Origin: Mytilus edulis
Taxonomy: Eukaryota
Assembly: GCF_963676685.1 (NCBI RefSeq)
Contig: NC_092344.1
Location: 115,196,001-115,260,000 of the forward strand
DNA: 64,000 bases
Direction: 5' to 3'
Position 1 is the stretch's first letter. Each line of letters opens with the position of its first letter. Positions 1-11,619 of this stretch are shown piece by piece. Position numbers and translations under genes: made by a program. A model generated the notes under the pieces. The model made no database searches, was not told the origin of the DNA, and saw only the letters and a list, made by a program, of their open reading frames with translations.

Positions 1-1083
1 TCAAATTGATTTTTTGGTGTTTTTTTCCATGGAATGTTTTTGGTATTTGGTCAAACATATAACTATGTTAACCTCTTCAATTTCTAAAACATTTTAAGTG
101 CTAAGCTCTTGATGATTCAGAAATACATGCCTCCGCTCGCAAAACTTCAAACTGCATTATCTCTAAAACGACAATAGATATCTCAAATCTGTTAAATGAT
201 AAATGATCTACAGTTGAAGGACAACATTATAGAAAAAGAATTGGGACAATTTCAAAGTTCACCAAGGTCACAATTAATCATCAAATATATGATGCAATAC
301 AAAACTTGAGAACCGGAAGTCGTAGAGACATGGGACTATCACCATTCAACTCAGGACCACTTGACCTTTCAAATATTACAAGGTCAAGGTCATAGTAAAA
401 TGTAAAGGTCAAGGTGAAATTTCATCATGACCTGACATTGACCTCAAATTGAAGGTCTTGAACTACTGATCATCTTTGCAGTTTATAGTAGGTTGATATC
501 TGTTACCTTAAAAAAGATATACACACAATACTATACTTTTAAGAATCATCCCGTCGTAACTTTTGAACAGACAGTCGGACTCTTTTGAGGTCAGTGTATA
601 AAATGTAGAGCTCGTCGAGAGGAACATTTTATACGCTGTAAGTATGCAGCAAACTCTTACCGTTTTCCTAATATGAAAGCTTGAAATTGCAGCGTAATTT
701 TTTTTTGCACTCGGTGACCTTTGACCTTGGGTGCAAATTAAAGGCCACATGAACTTAAGATTATTGGTGTAGGTCCCAAGTCTTTACGACTTCCGGTTCT
801 CAAGATACAATTTTTCAAAAATTGGGTATATTTTTTCAAGGGAAATAACTCCTTATAAGGGTTAACAACAAAATGATTGTAGTTAATTAACATTGCCATC
901 TGGTCCTGTACATGTTGCCGTTTTCAAATCGATTCTATCTTGAATACTTTTTGAGAAAATGTAAAAGAAAGAAATTGCTTCAAGGGGACATAACTCTCAT
1001 AGGGAATGATGAAATCCTTAGCAACCTCATATGGTAACACATCATGATGAGATCTAACTATTGTCCAAATAAGGTCATGATAT
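1..1083. repeat. Helentron/HINE-like interspersed repeat, left part (resumes at 11552 after the Gypsy insertion)
   Basis: Recurrent TGACCTT/AAGGTCA and GG(A/G)xATAACTC motifs. 1016-1083 recurs at 11552-11619 and continues into paired hairpins at 11846-11917. Family assignment is inference. Confidence 0.4.
1016..1083 (+). repeat. 68-bp target duplication, left copy
   Basis: CCTTAGCAACCTCATATGG...AAGGTCATGATAT is identical to 11552-11619. Confidence 0.9.
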
Positions 1084-1774
1084 TGTAACGGTTTCGTTAT
1101 TTGAATTTATAGGTAGATTGATTTACAACCATCACAGTTCTTTTATGAACGGTGGGAGGGCTAAACAATTTTCAAGCATTTACTGGACTTATAGTCGTGA
1201 AATCACATCATTATAATGAACTGTGTCGGGAATGTCAGGATCATATTATTACTCCAACTGAACGTTTATTTTATGTGTAATGTATAAAGAGTTCTTACCT
1301 TTACGATTTATTGTTTGCATTCCGTGGTAGCATCTTAAATTATTCATGTCTATAATTTGGAGTCCCGTTATTTTTATGTACATTGATTTTCATGTACGAC
1401 GCTCTGGTATCAGAATTTGTCAACAATAATGGCGACGACAATATCTGATACCAGAGCGTCGTACATGAAAATCAATGTACATAAAAATAACGGGACTCCA
1501 AATTATAGACATGAATAATTTAAGATGCTACCACGGAATGCAAACAATAAATCGTAAAGGTAAGAACTCTTTATACATTACACATAAAATAAACGTTCAG
1601 TTGGAGTAATAATATGATCCTGACATTCCCGACACAGTTCATTATAATGATGTGATTTCACGACTATAAGTCCAGTAAATGCTTGAAAATTGTTTAGCCC
1701 TCCCACCGTTCATAAAAGAACTGTGATGGTTGTAAATCAATCTACCTATAAATTTAAATAACGAAACCGTTACA
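1084..1774. repeat. Fold-back palindrome of the LTR 5' part (arms ~330 bp, ~30-bp spacer)
   Basis: 1084-1414 is the reverse complement of ~1443-1774, with one visible mismatch at 1103. Confidence 0.92.
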
Positions 1775-1935
1775 ATACCCCCCTACCAAATTTAGTTTGT
1801 CCCCAAACTGAACGCATTTAACAACAATAGTCAATAAGTGAGCATATAAACAAAACAAAAGCTAAATGAACACATTATTGGTATTTAACTGAATTCGATG
1901 CACATATTGTTCGGTTCTAATGTCTTTAAACACGA

Positions 1936-3192
1936 TTAGTAAAATCTACAAGCAATAATGTCACAACTGCTTTCTTTATCCTCGAATGTTTTCTTTACAA
2001 TTGCTGCCATCTCCTCTGTTTGGGTTCCTGATAAGGTGGTTACTGGAGTAACCTGTATATTTTCATCACGAGTTTCGGGCGTAGTAGAAGCCTGAACTCC
2101 AGTTGTCTTGTACCTTCGGACCGGGATGTCTGGCACCCAGTGACTGGTCAGTGAATATACTGTTCCATCCGGGAGCTCACATCTCTCAGTTTTGATTAAA
2201 CCAGAATAACCATCTGGCAAAATAGTAGTAGAAAGGTTGTTTCTCCTAGCCTGTTCCCTGAGTCTCTTCAATAGTACAGCCTCATTAGAAGAGTGATAAG
2301 ACGAAGGAGGACAAAGAAGTACCTGCCTGGGATCCTCATTGTCCTTCTCCTCGGGCAGTCCAAAGTGTCTATAATCATATATTTTTCCAAATTTTAGATG
2401 AGTGGGAGTAATTCTGGAGGGGAGGTAGTTGGGCGTGGGCGTCATCCCATCTATTTCGACAACCCTTATATCTTCTTGGATGACCTCCATGCCGTCCTCG
2501 GTGACTTCGACTAATTGCTCCCTCACCTCTGTCACTGTGTCTTCTCCTGGTCGCTCACTAATTACAGTTTCATCTGGCTCTTGGATGTCCTCACTGACGG
2601 GTACTGATTGGTCATCCATGACTACTGTTCCCTTCTCAATTTCGAAACCATCTGATTCTTTAATGTTATCAGTTGCTATCTTGGCTCGTTCTTGATCCTG
2701 CATGACTGATTTAACAAGCTTCGGAACACTCAAAAGGGGAGTGTTATCTACTGAATTCTCTACCTCTGCGACTGCTATAACTGGTAACGCAAACAGTAGG
2801 TCTTCTGTAGGGGTTGTATGTTTGGTGGCCATGAGTTCCTCGAATTCCACTGTCATGGGTGATGGTTCCCTCAGTGGTGGGCATTCTGCTGAGGGCAATT
2901 TTGTAGCCTCAGAGTTAGTTGAACTCTGCTTCTTCTTCTTCTTCTTTTCCACTTTCTTTACCACTGATGGTATTTTCTTTGTGGGTGTCTTTTGGTTTTC
3001 CTTACTTTCATCCTTGAACTTGTACCAGTGTTTGGATTTCTCATGATGCCTCATCCTGTAGGTGGCATTGGATGATACGTCGTAGGGACACCATCTACAT
3101 TTCACTCTATTATCTGTGTGCGCATAGCGCAAATGCCTCTTGAGACTCTCCAGAGTGGGATAGTTCCTCATACACTCATTACAGGTGAACAT
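1936..3192 (-). CDS. Gypsy ORF3 (env position): 418-aa protein with two N-terminal C2H2 zinc fingers, basic NLS-like run and acidic region
   Basis: CNECMRNYPTLESLKRHLRYAH and CRWCPY...MRHHEKSKH; KKVEKKKKKKQ. Same sense as the element, ending ~150 bp before the PPT/LTR at 1787-1774. The acceptor TTTTATTTTCCCAG lies directly before the ATG. Confidence 0.85.
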   Translation of the reverse strand: MFTCNECMRNYPTLESLKRHLRYAHTDNRVKCRWCPYDVSSNATYRMRHHEKSKHWYKFKDESKENQKTPTKKIPSVVKKVEKKKKKKQSSTNSEATKLPSAECPPLREPSPMTVEFEELMATKHTTPTEDLLFALPVIAVAEVENSVDNTPLLSVPKLVKSVMQDQERAKIATDNIKESDGFEIEKGTVVMDDQSVPVSEDIQEPDETVISERPGEDTVTEVREQLVEVTEDGMEVIQEDIRVVEIDGMTPTPNYLPSRITPTHLKFGKIYDYRHFGLPEEKDNEDPRQVLLCPPSSYHSSNEAVLLKRLREQARRNNLSTTILPDGYSGLIKTERCELPDGTVYSLTSHWVPDIPVRRYKTTGVQASTTPETRDENIQVTPVTTLSGTQTEEMAAIVKKTFEDKESSCDIIACRFY

Positions 3193-3433
3193 CTGGGAAA
3201 ATAAAATTTAACCATGAGTCCGAGAAAACCCAAACAGGAGATACCAGAGCCACAGATTTGATTTTCTTTGACAGCTTTATATTTTAAGTCCTACCCCAAC
3301 CCTGTACAACCATTTGAAAATCCTTAAAACCCTAAATTTTGACTATAAAACCCTTATTTATTTGTGGAAACATTTTCTTTAATTTTTAACCCTTTTACTA
3401 AATTATACAAAATCGTTTAGATATTTCGGCTAT

Positions 3434-4233
3434 TTTTGAGTGTTCCGGAGCTTGTTAAATCAGTCATGCAGGATCAAGAACGAGCCAAGATAGCAACTGA
3501 TAACATTAAAGAATCAGATGGTTTCGAAATTGAGAAGGGAACAGTAGTCATGGATGACCAATCAGTACCCGTCAGTGAGGACACCCAAGAGCCAGATGAA
3601 ACTGTAATTAGTGAGCGACCAGGAGAAGACACAGTGACAGAGGTGAGGGAGCAATTAGTCGAAGTCACCGAGGACGGCATGGAGGTCATCCAAGAAGATG
3701 TAAGGGTTGTCGAAATAGATGGGATGACGCCCACGCCCAACTACCTCCCCTCCAGAATTACTCCCACTCATCTAAAATTTGGAAAAATATATGATTATAG
3801 ACACTTTGGACTGCCCGAGGAGAAGGACAATGAGGATCCCAGGCAGGTACTTCTTTGTCCTCCTTCGTCTTATCACTCTTCTAATGAGGCTGTACTATTG
3901 AAGAGACTCAGGGAACAGGCTAGGAGAAACAACCTTTCTACTACTATTTTGCCAGATGGTTATTCTGGTTTAATCAAAACTGAGAGATGTGAGCTCCCGG
4001 ATGGAACAGTATATTCACTGACCAGTCACTGGGTGCCAGACATCCCGGTCCGAAGGTACAAGACAACTGGAGTTCAGGCTTCTACTACGCCCGAAACTCG
4101 TGATGAAAATATACAGGTTACTCCAGTAACCACCTTATCAGGAACCCAAACAGAGGAGATGGCAGCAATTGTAAAGAAAACATTCGAGGATAAAGAAAGC
4201 AGTTGTGACATTATTGCTTGTAGATTTTACTAA
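3434..4233 (+). pseudogene. 5'-truncated inverted second copy of Gypsy ORF3 (C-terminal ~265 aa)
   Basis: Reverse complement of 1936-2733 with 3 visible amino-acid changes (K>E, I>T, I>V); lacks the zinc fingers. Confidence 0.85.
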
Positions 4234-4381
4234 TCGTGTTTAAAGACATTAGAACCGAACAATATGTGCATCGAATTCAGTTTTATACCAATAATGTGTT
4301 CATTTAGCTTTTGTTTTGTTTATATGCTCACTTATTGACTATTGTTGTTAAATGCGTTCAGTTTGGGGACAAACTAAATTT

Positions 4382-4394
4382 GGTAGGGGGGTAT
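4382..4394 (+). other. Polypurine tract (PPT)
   Basis: GGTAGGGGGGTAT immediately before the TGTAAC LTR start; inverted copies at 1775-1787 and 7194-7206. Confidence 0.85.
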
Positions 4395-5821
4395 TGTAAC
4401 GGTTTCGTTATTTAAATTTATAGGTAGATTGATTTACAACCATCACAGTTCTTTTATGAACGGTGGGAGGGCTAAACAATTTTCAAGCATTTACTGGACT
4501 TATAGTCGTGAAATCACATCATTATAATGAACTGTGTCGGGAATGTCAGGATCATATTATTACTCCAACTGAACGTTTATTTTATGTGTAATGTATAAAG
4601 AGTTCTTACCTTTACGATTTATTGTTTGCATTCCGTGGTAGCATCTTAAATTATTCATGTCTATAATTTGGAGTCCCGTTATTTTTATGTACATTGATTT
4701 TCATGTACGACGCTCTGGTATCAGATATTGTCGTCGCCATTATTGTTGACAAATTACGTCACACATTGAACCTTGGGAAAGTGCAGGTGGCATGACGTCA
4801 CACAAGTGAACGTCAATTCTACTATGTTCTTATACAAAATGTGTGTCACGGTGTGTCTTAGTGTGTCGTCCTTGTATATAAATTTGCGACATCTAAGCAC
4901 TCGGGTTCAGTCTTGTTTCGTCTGGGCGCCATTCCTACGACTTTCAAATAACTAAAGCTGCTTACATATTTTTGTCTTAAGGTTAGCATATAGGATTATA
5001 AATATATAAAAAAAAGGGTTAAAATAATATTTCTGGATATTATCTACAATTTGTCGGTGACAATAACTTTCATTAATTTCATTTAAGAGAATTATACTGA
5101 TTCAATACATATCAACACTGCGACACGGTGCCGACACACATAAGTGTGTCGTGTTTCTAACAACGTATATAAAGCAGATTTTTATACATTCTTTATATAA
5201 ATAAAGATACGAAATTCACTTTTGAAAGTTATAGTATAATACAAGGCGTATTAAAACTAATGGAAGAATAGAATATTGGAATTATTACTCTGAATAGGTT
5301 TTTCGTAGTATTTAGGCCTTATAGGACGACACACTTTTAAAGCAGAGAAATAGTAATAACTCGACACACATACTTATATCATACAAGAGAATATTGTTTT
5401 AGACTAAGTAAGGGAATAAATTGTATATTATCATATTATTTGTTTATTGTCATAGTATTGTTCATAAGAGATATATACTGATACCAGAGCCATTCATTTG
5501 CTACCATAGATGTAAATAAGATACCATAAATCTATTTAGGACGTATTAATAACTGTTTCTTGGTAATTAATCGACTTATTGTTAATTGTTATAAAAGATC
5601 ATAATATATTTCACTTCTAGTTAATAAATCGTTAACTTATTAAATATCTCCTTATATATGCCATACGTGATTCACTTTATACTATCAACTGTACCTAGAG
5701 GCGTTTACGTTCAGGATCATTCCGCTAAGGTTTAATAATAGGAGTACGTTATTGCCCATCCTCCCTTATAAAACGCTCTAGATCCGTTGATAGGTACACA
5801 AAGTTTCTTGGATATAAAATT
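4395..5821 (+). repeat. Nearly complete LTR (~1.46 kb full length; last ~30 bp missing here)
   Basis: Starts TGTAAC. CRE-like TGACGTCA at 4793, TATATAAA at ~4875, Inr-like TCAGT at ~4907. The 3' end ...GCTGATTACA is seen only in the inverted copy ending at 7296. Confidence 0.85.
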
Positions 5822-5938
5822 TGCCAATCTAAAAATCTCACCAAAGAAATGCTCGTTTTTCCAGGAAAAAGTTCATTTCCTTGGTCACGTGGTATCTGAA
5901 GAAGGAGTTGCTACCGACCCTGATAAGATAGCAGCTAT
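5822..5938 (+). mobile_element. 117-bp pol (RT thumb) fragment templated into the insertion
   Basis: Reverse complement of ~10082-10197. Confidence 0.9.
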
Positions 5939-5943
5939 GTAAT

Positions 5944-7265
5944 ACATCTAAGCACTCGGGTTCAGTCTTGTTTCGTCTGGGCGCCATTCCTACGACTTTC
6001 AAATAACTAAAGCTGCTTACATATTTTTGTCTTAAGGTTAGCATATAGGATTATAAATATATAAAAAAAAGGGTTAAAATAATATTTCTGGATATTATCT
6101 ACAATTTGTCGGTGACAATAACTTTCATTAATATCATACAAGAGAATATTGTTTTAGACTAAGTAAGGGAATAAATTGTATATTATCATATTATTTGTTT
6201 ATTGTCATAGTATTGTTCATAAGAGATATATACTGATACCAGAGCCATTCATTTGCTACCATAGATGTAAATAAGATACCATAAATCTATTTAGGACGTA
6301 TTAATAACTGTTTCTTGGTAATTAATCGACTTATTGTTAATTGTTATAAAAGATCATAATATATTTCACTTCTAGTTAATAAATCGTTAACTTATTAAAT
6401 ATCTCCTTATATATGCCATACGTGATTCACTTTATACTAATAAACAAATAATATGATAATATACAATTTATTCCCTTACTTAGTCTAAAACAATATTCTC
6501 TTGTATGATATTAATGAAAGTTATTGTCACCGACAAATTGTAGATAATATCCAGAAATATTATTTTAACCCTTTTTTTTATATATTTATAATCCTATATG
6601 CTAACCTTAAGACAAAAATATGTAAGCAGCTTTAGTTATTTGAAAGTCGTAGGAATGGCGCCCAGACGAAACAAGACTGAACCCGAGTGCTTAGATGTCG
6701 CAAATTTATATACAAGGACGACACACTAAGACACACCGTGACACACATTTTGTATAAGAACATAGTAGAATTGACGTTCACTTGTGTGACGTCATGCCAC
6801 CTGCACTTTCCCAAGGTTCAATGTGTGACGTAATTTGTCAACAATAATGGCGACGACAATATCTGATACCAGAGCGTCGTACATGAAAATCAATGTACAT
6901 AAAAATAACGGGACTCCAAATTATAGACATGAATAATTTAAGATGCTACCACGGAATGCAAACAATAAATCGTAAAGGTAAGAACTCTTTATACATTACA
7001 CATAAAATAAACGTTCAGTTGGAGTAATAATATGATCCTGACATTCCCGACACAGTTCATTATAATGATGTGATTTCACGACTATAAGTCCAGTAAATGC
7101 TTGAAAATTGTTTAGCCCTCCCACCGTTCATAAAAGAACTGTGATGGTTGTAAATCAATCTACCTATAAATTTAAATAACGAAACCGTTACAATACCCCC
7201 CTACCAAATTTAGTTTGTCCCCAAACTGAACGCATTTAACAACAATAGTCAATAAGTGAGCATAT
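5944..7265. repeat. LTR fragments with a shared ~300-bp internal deletion: + copy 5944-6438 folding back into - copy 6439-7193, plus PPT region
   Basis: The deletion junction CATTAAT|ATCATAC at 6131 recurs inverted at ~6510. Confidence 0.85.
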
Positions 7266-7295
7266 TGAAGCGGGTCCGACCTGCTGCCTGTGAGA

Positions 7296-8048
7296 TGTAA
7301 TCAGCGACAATCTCCTCAACGACAACAATTTTATATCCAAGAAACTTTGTGTACCTATCAACGGATCTAGAGCGTTTTATAAGGGAGGATGGGCAATAAC
7401 GTACTCCTATTATTAAACCTTAGCGGAATGATCCTGAACGTAAACGCCTCTAGGTACAGTTGATAGTATAAAGTGAATCACGTATGGCATATATAAGGAG
7501 ATATTTAATAAGTTAACGATTTATTAACTAGAAGTGAAATATATTATGATCTTTTATAACAATTAACAATAAGTCGATTAATTACCAAGAAACAGTTATT
7601 AATACGTCCTAAATAGATTTATGGTATCTTATTTACATCTATGGTAGCAAATGAATGGCTCTGGTATCAGTATATATCTCTTATGAACAATACTATGACA
7701 ATAAACAAATAATATGATAATATACAATTTATTCCCTTACTTAGTCTAAAACAATATTCTCTTGTATGATATAAGTATGTGTGTCGAGTTATTACTATTT
7801 CTCTGCTTTAAAAGTGTGTCGTCCTATAAGGCCTAAATACTACGAAAAACCTATTCAGAGTAATAATTCCAATATTCTATTCTTCCATTAGTTTTAATAC
7901 GCCTTGTATTATACTATAACTTTCAAAAGTGAATTTCGTATCTTTATTTATATAAAGAATGTATAAAAATCTGCTTTATATACGTTGTTAGAAACACGAC
8001 ACACTTATGTGTGTCGGCACCGTGTCGCAGTGTTGATATGTATTGAAT
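7296..8048 (-). repeat. 3' half of LTR, undeleted allele, including the ...TTACA terminus
   Basis: Reverse complement of 5100-5821, plus the terminal ~30 bp. Confidence 0.85.
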
Positions 8049-8143
8049 ACCGTGTCGGTGATGCTGTCTGGATATTCAACCCATTGCGAAGAAAAGGGTT
8101 AAGTCCAAAGCTGCAACCACACTGGATAGGCCCTTACATCATT

Positions 8144-11100
8144 AGACTTAACCCTTTTCTTCGCAATGGGTTGAATATCCAGACAGCATCACCGACACGG
8201 TATTGTCGCGAATGGACCCTAGTGTCGTACTGACGTTTTTGTCTATCACTTGCGTGTTTCATCTTCTCTCTTGCGACATCGTGTATGTCCCAAAGCCCCT
8301 TTCGTAAATCTTTTAGGTAATCATTCTCGGATTTCTCGTCCGTCTCTATACTATCTGGGTAAGATCCAAAAATCAGGTCAATGGGAAGTTCAATTTCCCT
8401 TCCGAACATCAACATGGAGGGCGAAAACCCTGTACTCTCATGGTCGGATGACCTGTAAGCCATGAGAGCTAACTGTAGATGTTCATCCCAGTCTTTTTGA
8501 TGTTTAGTTACGTATTTACTCAAAATATCTTCCAAAGTCCTGTTTAGCCGCTCTACCATTCCATCACTTTGTGGATGCATTGCTGTTGTTCGTGTCTTGT
8601 CTATTTTTAATCTGGAACATAGATCCTGAAACAGTTTGGACTCAAACTGAGTTCCTCTATCTGTGTGCAACTGTTTTGGAACTCCAAAACGTGACACAAA
8701 TTGACTGACAAAAATTTCAGCAACTTCTTCAGCGGTCAGACCAATCATAGGGTAGGCTTCGGCCCATCGCGTGAAATAGTCCGTGAGAACTAAGATGTAC
8801 CGGTAACCTGAATGAGTTTTGGGTAAAGGGCCAAGAATGTCAATGGCCACCCGTTCTAATGGTGCCCCCACCAGGTACTGCTTCATAAGTCCTTGATAAT
8901 GTTTCTGGGGTTTCTTACGAGCTTCGCACGTTTTACATTGTCGACACCATTGTATAACGTAATCCTTGTAACCTGCCCAATAAAATCGTCTCGAAACTCT
9001 GGCTAAGGTGCGATGTTGGCCAAAATGTCCAGCGGGTGGATCGTCATGCAGCATTTTCATGACTTCCTCATGCCAACAGTCAGGTAAGATTAACTGGGTT
9101 ATTTCACCCTTGTCTTTGGATTGCCAACACCTATACAGGACACCATTTTCCAATTTTATCTTGTTCCATTGGGCCCAATAAACTTTCAAAGTTATGCTTT
9201 GAAAAGAAATATCTTCCCAATTGGGCCTTTCTGTACCTTTCACTTTCATCTCCCGTAATTGCTTCAAAATCGTGTCGTTTTGTTGAGCAGTTGCGATTTC
9301 CACGAGGCTTCTACTCTGTACCCATTCAAAGCTGTCCGTGTTATCTTCTATGTCGACTTCTTCGGTATCGAATATTTCAGGTTCCTTTGTGGCTCCTTTC
9401 GCGACTCTGACATGTTCAATGTCATCTTTCTCAGTATTTTCTCTGTTCTTACTTTCTTGACGGGTGCAGTATGTACACGGAGAACATGGACGCCGCGAGA
9501 GTCCATCTGCATTATTGTGTTGCCTGCCAGGTCTGTGTTGAATGGTGAAATTATAGGAGGCAAGGATCTCCAACCATCTCGCGGTTTGACCTTCAGGGTT
9601 TTTGAAATTCATTATCCAATTGAGTGCGCCGTGATCTGTTCTTACCAGGAACGGGACTCCATACAAATAGTGATGGAAATGTTTGATGGATAAAACTACT
9701 GCTAACAACTCCCGTCGAGTGACACAGTAGTTCCTTTCGGGTTTATTCATACTCTTGCTGAAATATGCTATAACCTGCTCTTTTTCGTATGTTACTTGTG
9801 ATAGCACTGCCCCAATTCCGTACCCACTAGCATCGGTATCTAAGATGAAAGGTTTGCTAATATCCGGATATCCAAGTATCGGAGCTGAGATTAGGCATTC
9901 CTTCAGTGTATCGAGCGCTTTTTGGCATTCTTGAGTCCATTTAAATCGATCCCCTTTTTCCGTAAGTTTATGAAGTGGCCTAGCTATGTCAGAGAATCCA
10001 CGAATGTACCTCCTATAGTAAGAGCAGGTACCTACGAAACTTCGCACCTCGTGAACTGTTTTAGGGGTAGGCCACTCTTTTATAGCTGCTATCTTATCAG
10101 GGTCGGTAGCAACTCCTTCTTCAGATACCACGTGACCAAGGAAATGAACTTTTTCCTGGAAAAACGAGCATTTCTTTGGTGAGATTTTTAGATTGGCATT
10201 TTTGATTTTTGATATAACTTGTTCTAAACGGGACAGGTGCTCTTCAAATGAATCTGCAAAAATTATGACATCATCCAAATACAGCAGGCAAATTTGCCAA
10301 TTCAGCCCTGACAGAACGCACTCCATGAGTCTTTCGAAACATGCGCCCGCGTTGCATAACCCAAATGGCATTACTTTAAATTGGAAAAGGCCTTTAGTTG
10401 TGACAATACTCGTCTTTTCTTTGTCGGATTCGGCCATCTTTACCTGCCAATAACCACTTTGCAGATCAATGGTCGAATACCAACTTGCGCCTCTTAGAGC
10501 ATCCAGACAATCTGCTATTCTTGGGAGTGGATACGAGTCCTTTTTTGTCAAATGGTTAATTTTTCTGAAGTCCGCGCAGAAGCGCCAAGAGCCGTCGGAT
10601 TTCTTAGGTACTAGTACGATTGGGGACGACCATGGACTAGTACTAGGCTCGATGATTCCTCCCTCCAGCATCCGGTCTATTTCTTGATCTGCTGCCTCCC
10701 GTTTGGCCAGAGGAAGACGTCTCGGATTCTGTTTAACAGGCCTGGCATCACCCGTGTCAATTGTGTGTTCAATGAGGTCACAACAACCCAAATCATTCTT
10801 TGATTTTGCAAAAGCATCGCTGTGTCGGATCAGTAGATGTTCCAACTGCACTCTCTGCTCTTCGGACAACTCACGACTACTTGCCATGAAAAGACCCTCA
10901 AGGTGGTGAGGTAAGATTGAATAAGTCTTTTCTGGGTCCTCGGTATTAGTAGTAATTATATTAGTTCTTACTACTTCACTCCTTTCAGGAGGTTCCGACT
11001 GAAAGGAACCATATGGTAGTGTCTCACATGTTGCAAGATTGGTGTGTCGGTAGATGACACATTCTGTGTCGATCATGTTAACAATACGCATCGGTATTGT

Positions 11101-11477
11101 ACCATTGCTAGGGTCAACTACCGATCGTGCGACATGAAAATTCGTGTCGGTACTTGGCTCTTCTGGTTCAACAATAGCGTCAGAAATATGACTCGAATCT
11201 CCTACTATTGTTGCTCTTATAATGGATTCCGAAAAAGGTGGTAATGTAACATTTTCATCAATGGTAACCTTAAAAATAGTCGCCATTTGCGACTCTTTCT
11301 GACATGCAATCTCAGTGCCTCCAAATGTTATAGTACCCTTGCCAAGGTCAATCTTACAGTTGTGTCGGTTTAGTAAATCATATCCCAAAATAGCCGGAGT
11401 ATCAATATCGGCTATCAATAAGATGTGTTGAAAACATTTCCCGTTTATTGTAATGGAAAATTCTGCTTTTCCATTAC
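8144..11477 (-). CDS. pol: Gypsy pol: partial aspartic protease, reverse transcriptase, RNase H, integrase; truncated at both ends by junctions
   Basis: ILGYDLL, SPWSSPIVLV, DLQSGYWQ, MPFGLCNA, YLDD, TDASGYGIGAVL, HHCC zinc motif, D-D-E integrase core; no stops over 3.3 kb. The GPY/F motif (PKLQPHWIGPYII) is on the inverted 8046-8143 piece. Confidence 0.95.
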
Positions 11478-11551
11478 TATGAACGGTGGGAGGGCTAAAC
11501 AATTTTCAAGCATTTACTGGACTTATAGTCGTGAAATCACATCATTAGCAA

Positions 11552-11619
11552 CCTTAGCAACCTCATATGGTAACACATCATGATGAGATCTAACTATTGT
11601 CCAAATAAGGTCATGATAT
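11552..11619 (+). repeat. 68-bp target duplication, right copy
   Basis: Identical to 1016-1083; preceded by an extra TTAGCAACC micro-duplication. Confidence 0.9.

Larger units (their letters stand above)
1084..11547. mobile_element. Rearranged Gypsy (Ty3/Metaviridae) LTR retrotransposon insertion of LTR, pol and ORF3 fragments in alternating orientations; no gag
   Basis: TGTAAC LTR starts at 1084(+), 1774(-), 4395(+), 7193(-). The PPT GGTAGGGGGG lies next to three of them. Long intact pol ORF; near-identical inverted copies. Confidence 0.93.

Noticed and set aside
1405-1414. TGGTATCAGA as tRNA-Met primer-binding site
   Set aside because: It lies inside the LTR (U3), not after its 3' end, and matches the plant rather than the animal iMet pattern
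2429-11244. Short antisense ORFs over ORF3 and pol
   Set aside because: Shadows of the coding strand with no independent motifs
8134-11502. 1122-aa ORF as a natural full protein
   Set aside because: Its first residues come from an inverted LTR piece and its last from a fold-back junction; gag and the protease active site are absent
1084-11547. Identification as the bivalve Steamer element or as a DIRS/inverted-LTR element
   Set aside because: No alignment is possible here; the long LTR and ORF3 do not fit Steamer as I recall it. A DDE integrase and PPT indicate Gypsy, with inversions being rearrangements.
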